The notes under the pieces are model-generated. The model searched no databases. It worked only from the letters and a program-made list of their open reading frames with translations, and had not been told where the DNA came from. Shown here piece after piece: positions 39,614-49,144 of a DNA stretch of 64,000 bases. How positions within the stretch are numbered: the first letter of the stretch is position 1; each line of letters starts with the position of its first letter. The translations under genes were made by a program, and so were the position numbers. Source of the DNA: Candidatus Woesearchaeota archaeon (GTDB lineage: Archaea > Nanobdellota > Nanobdellia > UBA10117 > JABICX01); the NCBI GenBank assembly GCA_018652045.1, contig JABICX010000017.1, forward strand, positions 6,293-70,292, written 5' to 3'.

Positions 39614-39983
39614 AGCTCTCTCCTCTCTTGTATACAACACCAACTGGCCGTTTCTCAGATTGACCACGCAATCCCGCGTATACAAACTCTATAAACTCAC
39701 TTAAATGATATGCAGTGATTCTATTTCCGCTACGTGGTTTAGTAGACAGTTCTTGCGTTAAAGTTGCTTTAACAACTTGGCTCTCATTCTTTTCTGCCAA
39801 TTGAACAATCTGATCTAATATGAAATCATTTTCAGTGTCTAATTCAGAGACATCTACTAACTTAAGAGTTATTTCTGACGGTGTTTCTGCTCGTTCTCTA
39901 AGCCAAGGTAAATCTGACTCTAGAATAAGCTCTTCAGCTACTCGTGGAAAAAATCCGTATGCCATTCCAAATACTTTACGCAT
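39594..39983 (-). CDS. Hypothetical protein, translationally coupled to the ART-like gene (possible immunity/partner)
   Basis: 8-bp overlap with the upstream ART-like ORF. Confidence 0.5.
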   Translation of the reverse strand: MRKVFGMAYGFFPRVAEELILESDLPWLRERAETPSEITLKLVDVSELDTENDFILDQIVQLAEKNESQVVKATLTQELSTKPRSGNRITAYHLSEFIEFVYAGLRGQSEKRPVGVVYKRGESYVFKRK

Positions 39984-40659
39984 TTACGGCCTCCATACCA
40001 CTGTTTTCAGGTCTTCGGTAGATTAGTACATCCTTATCCATTTGTGGCAGCTTGCTTACCTCTCGGATCTCAACTATCTTTGAAGGATCAATTGGACCAA
40101 TAACATTCCACTCAAATTCAGGTGGGAAAAAGTCTTCATCGCGGATAGCCTCATCGATATCAAGTTCTACAGTAATTCGAGTCCATCCACTACCAAATCC
40201 CTCCGGACTTGTTCTGAAACACTGTCTTACAGAATACTGGTCGTGTCCAGCAGTACCACTACAATCGCAAGAAATTCCTCTTCGATCGCCAGATATCCAC
40301 GTCTCCAAATCATTAAGTTCTTCAGTCTTACCCTTCTCTTTCAATAACGCCGTCACTTCATCAAGCGATCTGATTCTTTTACCGTCTCTAAAAGCGGACG
40401 GGAACAGACCTTTAGTTTTTATGGCGTCTATATCGCCAAGGCTTAGTTGTATAGATCGATATAACGTAATCTTGTTGGTTTCAGGGTTATGATTACCCGT
40501 ATACCAGTTATCAAAATGCTCGTTAAATATCTGATCTTCCTCTTGAAGAACTTCAGCAGGGTCTCTCAGAGGCCAAATATCGTTTTTAACAGAATAATTA
40601 GCGCGCCACTCAGCTCTTACTTCAGCAAGACGTACTATATCATTAATATCTTCTGCCAT
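39976..40659 (-). CDS. ADP-ribosyltransferase-like protein, R-S-E (enterotoxin/scabin-type) clade
   Basis: TLYR, IKTKGLFP, CFRTS, EFEWNVIGPIDPSKI in the order of the R / STS / ExE elements. Confidence 0.62.
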   Translation of the reverse strand: MAEDINDIVRLAEVRAEWRANYSVKNDIWPLRDPAEVLQEEDQIFNEHFDNWYTGNHNPETNKITLYRSIQLSLGDIDAIKTKGLFPSAFRDGKRIRSLDEVTALLKEKGKTEELNDLETWISGDRRGISCDCSGTAGHDQYSVRQCFRTSPEGFGSGWTRITVELDIDEAIRDEDFFPPEFEWNVIGPIDPSKIVEIREVSKLPQMDKDVLIYRRPENSGMEAVNA

Positions 40660-40660
40660 T

Positions 40661-41227
40661 TTAATCTGCAACCCTCCTTCCTAAATCCTTACTTGGTACG
40701 TAGTTTTGCAATAGAACCTGTTTAGCAGTTTCTGCAATATGTTTTTCCGGACCGCTGTGTCGAACCACACTAAGATTATATCCTCGCTCGTGTAATAATA
40801 ATAGTGAACTGACATTTGCTACAAACTCAAGCAAGTAATGACTACAGTGTACTAAGGGAGGTGTTCGACCAACTCTATTTTTAAAACCAGACCACGCAAG
40901 CCGATCATCTACAACATCTAATCGCTCTATTAAGTGAATAACATGTGCCTGTTCATGAGCTTTTGATCCCAGTATTGTTACTGGGTTAGACTGATCCTTG
41001 ACGCAAATCCTAACAAATATGTCGTTATCTCGACTATGTGCGTGAAAATATCCGCTCATGTCCTCACAAGTAGTTTGTTTTTGTGCAAATTTATCTGGAT
41101 CTCCACCGAGTTCTAAATAGTATTTTCGTTCTTGATCAACAATGCTTTTTACAACTCCATCATCTCTAAAATCAATGTTCTCTACTTCGAAAGTTAATTT
41201 CCATGCATCTAAAGGTATTAATCCCAT
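40661..41227 (-). CDS. HExxH zinc metallopeptidase-like protein
   Basis: AHEQAHV followed by LEFVAN (ExxA third-ligand pattern of IrrE/ImmA-type zincins). Confidence 0.55.
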   Translation of the reverse strand: MGLIPLDAWKLTFEVENIDFRDDGVVKSIVDQERKYYLELGGDPDKFAQKQTTCEDMSGYFHAHSRDNDIFVRICVKDQSNPVTILGSKAHEQAHVIHLIERLDVVDDRLAWSGFKNRVGRTPPLVHCSHYLLEFVANVSSLLLLHERGYNLSVVRHSGPEKHIAETAKQVLLQNYVPSKDLGRRVAD

Positions 41228-41228
41228 G

Positions 41229-41852
41229 TTATACGCCCTCCGCAGTCTTTTCAAAAAACATCGCACCATTACCATATGCAGTAGGTACTCGCTCTACAGG
41301 GTGACGAAACACATGTTCTGAGCCCCATTTAGAATCTACTATAATACCCTCACTAGCATCTCGTACTATACCCCAATGTTCTACAGGGTTTTTAGCAGTG
41401 AGTAATTTGTCTGCGTAAACTGGTAAAGAAAAATATAGTGCAACTGAACCAATTTTTGGTGAAGGAATCCATCGAAGTCCTCTCAGATCATCCTTTAATA
41501 GAATGTTTGCATGTCTACCTCTGCCATATATCGATAGACCAACTTGATCAAATGCCCAACTTCTACAATCATCAAATTTTCCACTGTTTGGGAAAGAGTA
41601 TTGTGATTTAATTACACTAACACCTGTACCTGATAATGCTCGCTGTACTCTTCTTACTGGTCCAGATACTTCGTCTAATGCTTCACGTAGCGCCTCTCCA
41701 CCAGAAAAGACAAAGGCAGTTCTATCTAAAACATCCTCAATACTAGCTTTAATACCAAAACGTGCAGAAAACTGGTTGATATTACTAATTAACCTCTCCT
41801 GAGAGATACTCGTATCCGGGAGAACTTCAGCTCTATTGAGTGTTTCTTTCAT
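41229..41852 (-). CDS. Papain-like Cys-His fold protein (DUF7689-like)
   Basis: DDCRSWAF, EHWGIV, VDSKWG, VFRHP..VP.AYG. Confidence 0.55.
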   Translation of the reverse strand: MKETLNRAEVLPDTSISQERLISNINQFSARFGIKASIEDVLDRTAFVFSGGEALREALDEVSGPVRRVQRALSGTGVSVIKSQYSFPNSGKFDDCRSWAFDQVGLSIYGRGRHANILLKDDLRGLRWIPSPKIGSVALYFSLPVYADKLLTAKNPVEHWGIVRDASEGIIVDSKWGSEHVFRHPVERVPTAYGNGAMFFEKTAEGV

Positions 41853-41892
41853 GTATTACTATGCAGTTACGCATTTATAAGCTTTTTGAAAA

Positions 41893-42315
41893 CTACTTTA
41901 TCAAATTAGAGTTAAAACTTATCTTCTTATGTAAAATATAGACAATAATAAACGCAACTGTACCTGCAAGTAGTCTGCTCCACATTGGGCCAATTAAGAG
42001 AAGTTCTACCAACACATACATCGAGAACATGTTTATCAGTAGATCAAAGACAGATATACCTAAAAAGGCGCTATACTGTGTCTTTACGCGCTTAGCCTGA
42101 GACTTAAATGCGTATTTTCTACTCCATAGATATCTTAGTGTGCTTCCAAATGTAAAGGATATCACTAAAGCAATTTGATAATGTATGTTGGCAAGTAAGA
42201 ACAGATAAAATGCGCCGAACTCAAAGATACTTGAAAAACCTGCAACTGCGCCAAACCTAATCATCTGTGCAGATTTGCTATTCACAATATACTCTTTGAC
42301 TGAGTTTAGATTCAT
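41893..42315 (-). CDS. GtrA-family lipid-linked sugar flippase
   Basis: QMIRFGAVAG, YLWSRKYAF, YILHKKISF; four TMs. Confidence 0.85.
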   Translation of the reverse strand: MNLNSVKEYIVNSKSAQMIRFGAVAGFSSIFEFGAFYLFLLANIHYQIALVISFTFGSTLRYLWSRKYAFKSQAKRVKTQYSAFLGISVFDLLINMFSMYVLVELLLIGPMWSRLLAGTVAFIIVYILHKKISFNSNLIK

Positions 42316-42386
42316 ATAAAACAAACAACTCAAAGCATTTTAAGGCTTTTGAAAAGGCTTTTAAACGCATTTTGGCCTTTGAGTAC

Positions 42387-43109
42387 ATGGAATGTGTATA
42401 CAAACCAGACTGCAGTAACGGACGTCATATTTGTAGTTTGCAACGGATATTCAAATATCATGGTAGTCCTACCCATTCTGAAGACACTACCAACGTCAGG
42501 GTAGCTGGTAGATTACTGAGCGATTTAGATCATATACGAGACGGTGAAGCGAAATTTACAGAACCTATCGAAGCAGAATCTTATCATTCATTCTTTTCAA
42601 AAGATAACAGCGAGCTTAGTGAATATTTAGGAAGATCAGGTAAGAACTTAGAATTACTAACTGCAATTGAAGCTATTGATCGAGAAGTTCCGATATTAGA
42701 AGCAGCAAGTGTTGAATGGAAACATTATTTTAATCGCTTAGCTGAACTAGGTTCAGAACTATTTGTAACTGGAACAAATCTTCCAGATAAAACCTTTGCG
42801 AAAATATTTGGATATGCTTATTATAAATTTATGACAATGACAGATTCGTTAGTTGATTTGGAAAAAGATGAAGAAGCGGGTAACTTTAACCCGTTCATAG
42901 ATATCACACTTCAGGAAAAGGAAGAGGTTATTCATGAAATAAAATACCTGCAAGAATACTTAGTAACTGAAAAAACTAAAGCACAAGCAACACCGATATC
43001 GAACGATGAGCGAAGTGACTTGCCTTTTGTTGACCCTTTTGCGCTTTTAAATCGAACCGTAAGTCAGGCCATATGTGGGAGTATAAATTCCCAAAGCAGA
43101 CATTCTTAA
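42387..43109 (+). CDS. Class I isoprenoid-synthase-like fold protein
   Basis: Asp-rich DLDHIRD and DSLVDLEKDEEAGNFNP motifs. Confidence 0.45.
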   Translation: MECVYKPDCSNGRHICSLQRIFKYHGSPTHSEDTTNVRVAGRLLSDLDHIRDGEAKFTEPIEAESYHSFFSKDNSELSEYLGRSGKNLELLTAIEAIDREVPILEAASVEWKHYFNRLAELGSELFVTGTNLPDKTFAKIFGYAYYKFMTMTDSLVDLEKDEEAGNFNPFIDITLQEKEEVIHEIKYLQEYLVTEKTKAQATPISNDERSDLPFVDPFALLNRTVSQAICGSINSQSRHS

Positions 43110-43114
43110 CATGT

Positions 43115-43142
43115 AAGTCATGTAATGTATATTATATGAACT
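43115..43142. mobile_element. dif-like Xer recombination site (right)
   Basis: AAGTCATGTAA-TGTATA-TTATATGAACT: 11-6-11, imperfect inverted arms, central hexamer identical to E. coli dif. Confidence 0.68.
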
Positions 43143-43277
43143 TATTTCTAAGGGTTTACAAAAGCGTTACACTTTTGACTATTAATTTGGCGCAGTATAG
43201 CGATTACTCAAAAAAATGTAACCATCACAAAAAAACATTCTTTGCAATACTAACAAGATTAGAAAAAAACAGTTAAA

Positions 43278-44021
43278 CTATAAGTTCAAATTATCAACAA
43301 TCAAATAGATACCTGCGATAATAAAGAGAATTCCACCGATAACTGCAAAATAGAACAATCCGCCACGCGTACTTGATTCTAGTGCACCATATATCCACAT
43401 TCCACCAATACCAAAGAAAAAGACTCCAATAACAATTAACTTAATTATTAAACCAACTATCCCAAATATATCTTCAAATAAACTGGATATTCTTCTACTT
43501 GGTGCTTTTTTCTTCCCTACACTTATTAAACCGCCACGTTTTACTGGTTTTCCTTCTTTAACTCTTCGCAGTTCCCGTTTTAGAACCCAAGTGATATTAA
43601 ATAATTGGTTGGGGAAAATGTTAATATGCTTAATATGATTCTCATGATACATCGCCATTTTATACTTATACTGATTGCGATGTCTTTCACTAGTATTCCA
43701 ATTACCCAAAAATTCTATATGAATCTTCTCGCGAGGTAAATAAAAATCTGAAATACGATATGATTTAGAATCACCCCGTAATTTACCAATATAGTATTCT
43801 GGAATATATCTAATATGTAATCTACGTAATGTTCTAGCTACTTGTCGTTCACCATCTGTTCGACCATATGGATCTTTTCTATTGCGTTCATTATATCTGC
43901 CTAAATCTTTTAACTTAGAAATGTTCTTTTTCAGAAGCCGATCAACATGTTTATTGTAATCACTTCTATGCTTATGCCGTGATTTATGCTCCCGAGATCG
44001 AGATTTTCTATGTCGAGTCAT
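43278..44021 (-). CDS. PD-(D/E)xK/Vsr-like nuclease domain protein with basic N-terminus and two C-terminal TMs
   Basis: TDGERQVAR, YIPEY, ISDFYLP..IHIEFLG; R/H/K-rich N-terminus. Confidence 0.6.
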   Translation of the reverse strand: MTRHRKSRSREHKSRHKHRSDYNKHVDRLLKKNISKLKDLGRYNERNRKDPYGRTDGERQVARTLRRLHIRYIPEYYIGKLRGDSKSYRISDFYLPREKIHIEFLGNWNTSERHRNQYKYKMAMYHENHIKHINIFPNQLFNITWVLKRELRRVKEGKPVKRGGLISVGKKKAPSRRISSLFEDIFGIVGLIIKLIVIGVFFFGIGGMWIYGALESSTRGGLFYFAVIGGILFIIAGIYLIVDNLNL

Positions 44022-44115
44022 ACAATATAACTAAGATAAAACTTAAAACGCCTTCTAAAAAGCACATAGAACGTAGTTTAATAAATTATTTTAATATACT
44101 TCAAATAATGTGTTT

Positions 44116-44304
44116 ATGTCAAATAAAAAACAAGACGATCCAATGGCAATTGCATTCTACGCCATAATTGGCCTATATATAATTTATCAATTAGTTAAAG
44201 CACTGGTTGGAATAGATCCGCTTTTTGGTGAATATGGTTGGCCAGTATTCGGTGCTTTTGTTGCTGGACTGATACTATATTTTAGAAATAAATTATTTGG
44301 TTAA
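44116..44304 (+). CDS. Small two-TM membrane protein
   Basis: 62 aa, two hydrophobic helices. Confidence 0.55.
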   Translation: MSNKKQDDPMAIAFYAIIGLYIIYQLVKALVGIDPLFGEYGWPVFGAFVAGLILYFRNKLFG

Positions 44305-46544
44305 ATAACTTTCTTCAAATAAGCGCCAGTATAACTCGTTTTTATCTTAGAAACAGCCTCAGGAGTACCAACTGCAACTATCTTACCACCCTTAGATCCG
44401 CCTTCTGGCCCAAGATCAATAAGCCAGTCTGCTGATCTGATAACGTCAAGATTATGTTCAATAACAATAACCGTGTTGCCTGAGTTAACTAGATCCTCAA
44501 TGATCTTTAGGAGTTTGTCAATATCAGCCATATGCAAGCCAGTTGTTGGCTCATCCATAATGTAGATGTTCCCCTTTTTGTGAAGTTCAGATGCAAGCTT
44601 TATTCTCTGAGCCTCTCCACCACTTAAGCTATTCAGAGGCTGGCCAAGCTCAAGATAATCTAGACCAACAGCTTCTAAAACCGCTAGCTTGCGCTTGATC
44701 TCCTTACCTTCAAAAAAGCCAACTGCCTCTCGCACAGTCATCTTAAGAACATCTGAGATGTTCTTGCCCTTATACTTCAGATCAAGAACCTTCTGAGTAT
44801 ATCTCTCACCATTACACTCATCACAGGTTATCATCACATCATCTAACATATGCATCTCAATCTTCAGAGTTCCATGACCCTTACACTTCTGACATGCACC
44901 ATCTGAGTTAAAGCTAAACAAACCTGCCTTCTTACCGGTTCCTTTAGCAAATTCATTTCTAATATCGCCAAAAACCTTTGTGTAGGTTGCAGGATTTGAC
45001 CTAGAAGACTTTCCAACACCAGACTGATCAACTACTATAGACTTTGGGTGTTCTTTAGCCAAAACATCATTAATCAGACTTGACTTTCCAGAACCAGCTA
45101 CTCCAGTCACACATGTGAACACTCCTGTTGGGATGTCAACGCTGATGTTCTTTAGATTATGTACTCTTGCGTTCTTTATCTTCAGGAAGTTGGTTGACTT
45201 TCGTCTCGTAGGTTTGCTCTTTTTCTTACTTCTTAGGAACTCGCCAGTCACAGTCTTTGATTTCTTTAGCTGGCCAAAAGTTCCGGTGAACGTGATTTTC
45301 CCGCCACGAGAACCTGCACCCGGACCAATGTCAACAACATAGTCTGCAGCTTCTATCACCGAGGGATCATGCTCGACAACAAGTACGCTGTTGCCATTTT
45401 TCTTGAGCTCTTTAAGGATGTTCAGAAGATGATTAAGATCTTTAGGATGCAGACCAATGCTAGGTTCATCTAGCACATAGATGAGATCAACTAGATTGCA
45501 GCCGAGCTGTCTAGCCATTTTCACTCTTTGTGACTCTCCGCCACTCAGAGTTCCAACTGATCGGTTCAAAGACAGGTAGCCAACACCAATTGCGATCAGA
45601 TGCTTTAGGCTTTCACTGATGCGTTTAACAACAGGATCTTCAACAGGACCTTTGACTTTAGCTAGGAACTTATCCAAGTCAGTCAGCTCCATGTCAACAA
45701 GTTCTGCAATACTCTTGCCATTGACTTTAACAGATCGTGATTTCTTATTCAGACGAGATCCACCACATGCATCACATGGCTGAAGATCAACATACTTTTT
45801 TGCTAGATCAGCACTTCCCCAAGGATTACGTGGATCATTAACTCTTATCTGGATACGTCGCACAATTCCTTCATGACTAAAAGATTGAACAAAACCTTGT
45901 GCCTTGCTACTTAGAACAACATGTGGAGAATAAAGAAGGAAGTCTAACTCTTCTTTTGTGTAGTTCTTTATCGGCTTGTCCATGTCTAGGCGACCAGACA
46001 CTTCAATAATATTATAATAACGTGCACTGGGTTTGAAGATATTAATACGCGATGCACCCTGGCGCATAGACTTGTCAAAGTTCAGGACTTTGTGCGGATC
46101 AACCTCTTGCCGAACACCAAGACCTTTACAACTCATACACATTCCTTCAGGTCTGTTGAACGAGAACAAAGATGAGTCACCAATTAAAGGCTTACCACAC
46201 CGAGAAAACAGCAGACGCAAGTAACTATAGATCTCTGTTGAGGTTCCAACAGTTGATCGTGCGTTTCCGTGCATTCTTTTTTGATCAATAACAATCACAG
46301 GAGATAGGTTCTCTATCTCATCAACATCGGGCTTGCCGATCTGTGACATTCTAGCCCGTGCATATGAACTAAAAGTTTCAAGAAGCTGTCGTTGCGCTTC
46401 TGCGTAGATTGTGTCAAACACAAGAGAAGACTTGCCAGATCCAGACACACCAGTGAAGACAACAACCTTGTTCTTAGGAATGTCTAGCTTCACATTCTTC
46501 AAGTTGTGTGTTCTAGCTCCGCTAACTTTGATCATAGGTTGCAT
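44301..46544 (-). CDS. UvrA-like ABC ATPase, short class II (UvrA2/DrrC-like)
   Basis: Two Walker A ([16 protein letters not shown]), LSGGE twice, zinc fingers; about 750 aa, lacks the UvrB-binding insert. Confidence 0.9.
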   Translation of the reverse strand: MQPMIKVSGARTHNLKNVKLDIPKNKVVVFTGVSGSGKSSLVFDTIYAEAQRQLLETFSSYARARMSQIGKPDVDEIENLSPVIVIDQKRMHGNARSTVGTSTEIYSYLRLLFSRCGKPLIGDSSLFSFNRPEGMCMSCKGLGVRQEVDPHKVLNFDKSMRQGASRINIFKPSARYYNIIEVSGRLDMDKPIKNYTKEELDFLLYSPHVVLSSKAQGFVQSFSHEGIVRRIQIRVNDPRNPWGSADLAKKYVDLQPCDACGGSRLNKKSRSVKVNGKSIAELVDMELTDLDKFLAKVKGPVEDPVVKRISESLKHLIAIGVGYLSLNRSVGTLSGGESQRVKMARQLGCNLVDLIYVLDEPSIGLHPKDLNHLLNILKELKKNGNSVLVVEHDPSVIEAADYVVDIGPGAGSRGGKITFTGTFGQLKKSKTVTGEFLRSKKKSKPTRRKSTNFLKIKNARVHNLKNISVDIPTGVFTCVTGVAGSGKSSLINDVLAKEHPKSIVVDQSGVGKSSRSNPATYTKVFGDIRNEFAKGTGKKAGLFSFNSDGACQKCKGHGTLKIEMHMLDDVMITCDECNGERYTQKVLDLKYKGKNISDVLKMTVREAVGFFEGKEIKRKLAVLEAVGLDYLELGQPLNSLSGGEAQRIKLASELHKKGNIYIMDEPTTGLHMADIDKLLKIIEDLVNSGNTVIVIEHNLDVIRSADWLIDLGPEGGSKGGKIVAVGTPEAVSKIKTSYTGAYLKKVI

Positions 46545-46658
46545 AATATAGATCAATAATTAAGATTTATAAGGGTTACACTTGGTTGTCTAATGTCTAT
46601 AAGTTCGTATGAGTGGGTTATCAGAAGAACTTAAATACAAGACTGAGAATACACTAAC

Positions 46659-46880
46659 ATGGTAACTAAAAAACCAACAAAAACAAGGATGAGTTGTTGC
46701 AGCATGAACTTTCAAGAGAGTGGTTGTGGTGGATTTGCTTACTTCCTTGGATTTATCGGAGCAGCGATCTATTATGTCTCAACATCTGCAGGCATACTAG
46801 GTGGAATAATGGGCGTTCTAAAAGGAATTGTATGGCCAGTTTTCCTAGTTCATGGACTTCTAAAATTCATTGGAGCCTAA
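46659..46880 (+). CDS. Small membrane protein with N-terminal Cys residues
   Basis: YFLGFIGAAIYY..GVLKGIVWP pattern. Confidence 0.65.
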   Translation: MVTKKPTKTRMSCCSMNFQESGCGGFAYFLGFIGAAIYYVSTSAGILGGIMGVLKGIVWPVFLVHGLLKFIGA

Positions 46881-47291
46881 CTAAAACAGATCTGGAGTAA
46901 TTGTCTTTTCGAAGATATCACCAAATAAGGTGTATTTATTTTTATGCATCCAAACGATAGTATCTTTCTGATCAAAATGCGGGAACATCACAGAAACACC
47001 TCGTTCCTGTTGATCTGCCAAACTCTGGAAAGCATACTGAATAATCTCAAGTGTCGGTGTACCCATTCCCAAAGTAGCTTCCCGATGTGAGTTTCTTAAA
47101 CACATTTCACCACGGGATTCACTAATTGTAAAACTAAAATCTGCGTTGTCTTCTCCTGAACGCACCTTGATGTTTAAATCGTCGTCATCTCTAGATATGA
47201 CCCAATAATGTGTATGATCGTGGATCTCTTGCGGTAGTGCATCTTGCAACATTACTGCGGTTAATGCTTCTGAAACAAGTTCTTCTATCAT
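46881..47291 (-). CDS. Hypothetical protein
   Basis: 136 aa ORF with upstream TATA-like element. Confidence 0.5.
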   Translation of the reverse strand: MIEELVSEALTAVMLQDALPQEIHDHTHYWVISRDDDDLNIKVRSGEDNADFSFTISESRGEMCLRNSHREATLGMGTPTLEIIQYAFQSLADQQERGVSVMFPHFDQKDTIVWMHKNKYTLFGDIFEKTITPDLF

Positions 47292-47364
47292 TGTGATAGG
47301 TTACTCGACCCGGTCTGTTTTTAAAGTTTTTGGAAAAGATCTTGAAACCCGATTACAATGCCAT

Positions 47365-47378
47365 TGAAACTAGTTTCA
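47365..47378. promoter_or_regulatory. Perfect 14-bp palindrome, candidate operator of the copper operon
   Basis: TGAAACTAGTTTCA just upstream of a TATA-like CTTAATAA and the copZ ATG. Confidence 0.6.
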
Positions 47379-47415
47379 TCAAAGTTCTTAATAACTGTTT
47401 CAAGGTAGTAATATC

Positions 47416-47625
47416 ATGGTAAACATTAAGATTACTACAAAAGGTATGCATTGTAACTCTTGCGAGATGCTGGTTAAAGATGCTTTAGAAGAATTAGCTG
47501 GTGTAAATAAAGTAGAAGCATCTCATGAAACTGGTGCAATATATATTGACTTTAATGACACGAAAATATCTAAAGAAAAAATCTTAGATGTAATAAAAGA
47601 AGAAGGTTATACGCCACAGGAATAA
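47416..47625 (+). CDS. copZ: Copper chaperone (HMA domain)
   Basis: GMHCNSC, 69 aa. Confidence 0.9.
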   Translation: MVNIKITTKGMHCNSCEMLVKDALEELAGVNKVEASHETGAIYIDFNDTKISKEKILDVIKEEGYTPQE

Positions 47626-47626
47626 T

Positions 47627-49144
47627 ATGACAATAATAACAAAGAATTTCAAGGCTAAAGGAATGCACTGTCAGAGTTGTGAAACTTTAATTGATCGCGC
47701 TATAAAAAATATCGATGGTGTTAAAGAAGTACTATCTAATTACGAAACTGAAACCGTACGGGTTACCTTTGACTCAGACAAAACCTCACTTGATCAGATC
47801 CGTAGCGTAGTTGAGAAGAAAGGATATGATTGTGAGTTGGTGTCGCCAACTAAAATATCTCATTCAAACAAAGATGATTCAGATTACTTAACTCTAGACT
47901 CAAAGTTTGTTAAACCGCTTGGGATCGTATTTGGAACAATTGGAGTAATACTTTTAGGATATTATCTATACACTCTATCAGGCAGTATGGCACTGCCTGA
48001 GATCAGTCAAAACATGAGTTATGGATTACTCTTTGTAGTTGGTTTACTAACTGGATTCCATTGCGTTAGTATGTGTGGAGGATTTGTTGTTAGCTACACT
48101 GCAAAACACGCGCAAGAAGGAACAAAAGCATATAGTTCTCATCTAATGTATGGTCTTGGAAAGACACTATCTTACACAATGATCGGAGCAGCTTTTGGTT
48201 TACTAGGTTCAATCATCATATTCACTCCATTTATGCGTGGGGCTGCAGGAATCATTGCAGGTGCATTCTTAATTATCTTTGGTCTAAACATGCTTAACAT
48301 CATTCCCGGACTAAGAAAGATTCGCATACGAACTCCTGCATTTATCGCAAGGTTTGTTGGAACTGAATCTCAGAAACATAAGAGTCCACTTATCATTGGT
48401 TTGTTAAACGGTCTAATGCTTGCGTGCGGTCCATTACAAGCTATATATATTATGGCTGCAGGAACTGGAAGTCCATTAGAAGGTGCAAAACTACTCTTCG
48501 TATTTGGATTAGGTACGCTACCTGTAATGCTTGGCTTTGGATTCTTTACAAGTTTCCTTTCTAGCAAGGCGACACATAAGATTCTAAAAGCGTCTGGACT
48601 TCTCGTCATAATACTTGGAGTCGTAATGATGAACCGAGGTCTTGCACTAACTGGAAGTGGATTCGATGCATCATCAATACTCGTATCTACTGGCGTTACA
48701 GACATAACAGGAAATGTTGCTGCATCAAATGACGGTTACCAAACGATTAAAATGGAGGTCAATCGATACGGATGGGAACCGGACCAGTTTGTGTTAAAGA
48801 AAGGCATTCCAGTAAAATGGATAATCACTGGTAAAGAAATAAATGGTTGCAACAATGCTATACAGGTTCCTAAGTTCGATCTTGAGTTCGATATAAAACA
48901 AGGTGAACAAATTATAGAGTTCACACCTAACGAAGAAGGCGTCGTAGCTTGGAGCTGCTGGATGGGTATGATACCAGGTACATTTATTGTTAAAGACGAC
49001 ATCGACTTAAGTAATGCTGACGAGATACAACAAGAACTTGCTGCAGCACCTAAACCGAAAGCTGGTTCATGTGGTGGCAGTTGTGGATCACCAACATGTG
49101 GCGGTTCAACAGGTGGCGGCTGTGGCTGTGGAGGTGGACGATAA
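47627..49144 (+). CDS. HMA + DsbD_2/TauE-like membrane domain + cupredoxin-like fusion with Cys/Gly-rich tail
   Basis: [59 protein letters not shown]. Confidence 0.85.
   Translation: MTIITKNFKAKGMHCQSCETLIDRAIKNIDGVKEVLSNYETETVRVTFDSDKTSLDQIRSVVEKKGYDCELVSPTKISHSNKDDSDYLTLDSKFVKPLGIVFGTIGVILLGYYLYTLSGSMALPEISQNMSYGLLFVVGLLTGFHCVSMCGGFVVSYTAKHAQEGTKAYSSHLMYGLGKTLSYTMIGAAFGLLGSIIIFTPFMRGAAGIIAGAFLIIFGLNMLNIIPGLRKIRIRTPAFIARFVGTESQKHKSPLIIGLLNGLMLACGPLQAIYIMAAGTGSPLEGAKLLFVFGLGTLPVMLGFGFFTSFLSSKATHKILKASGLLVIILGVVMMNRGLALTGSGFDASSILVSTGVTDITGNVAASNDGYQTIKMEVNRYGWEPDQFVLKKGIPVKWIITGKEINGCNNAIQVPKFDLEFDIKQGEQIIEFTPNEEGVVAWSCWMGMIPGTFIVKDDIDLSNADEIQQELAAAPKPKAGSCGGSCGSPTCGGSTGGGCGCGGGR

Noticed and set aside
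43073-43276. 67 aa ORF spanning the right dif-like site
   Set aside because: Non-ATG start, overlaps the upstream gene, no motif; region is better explained as non-coding
49069-49143. Trp-rich N-terminal extension of CopA
   Set aside because: Off-frame reading of the upstream Gly/Cys tail; true start is 49144
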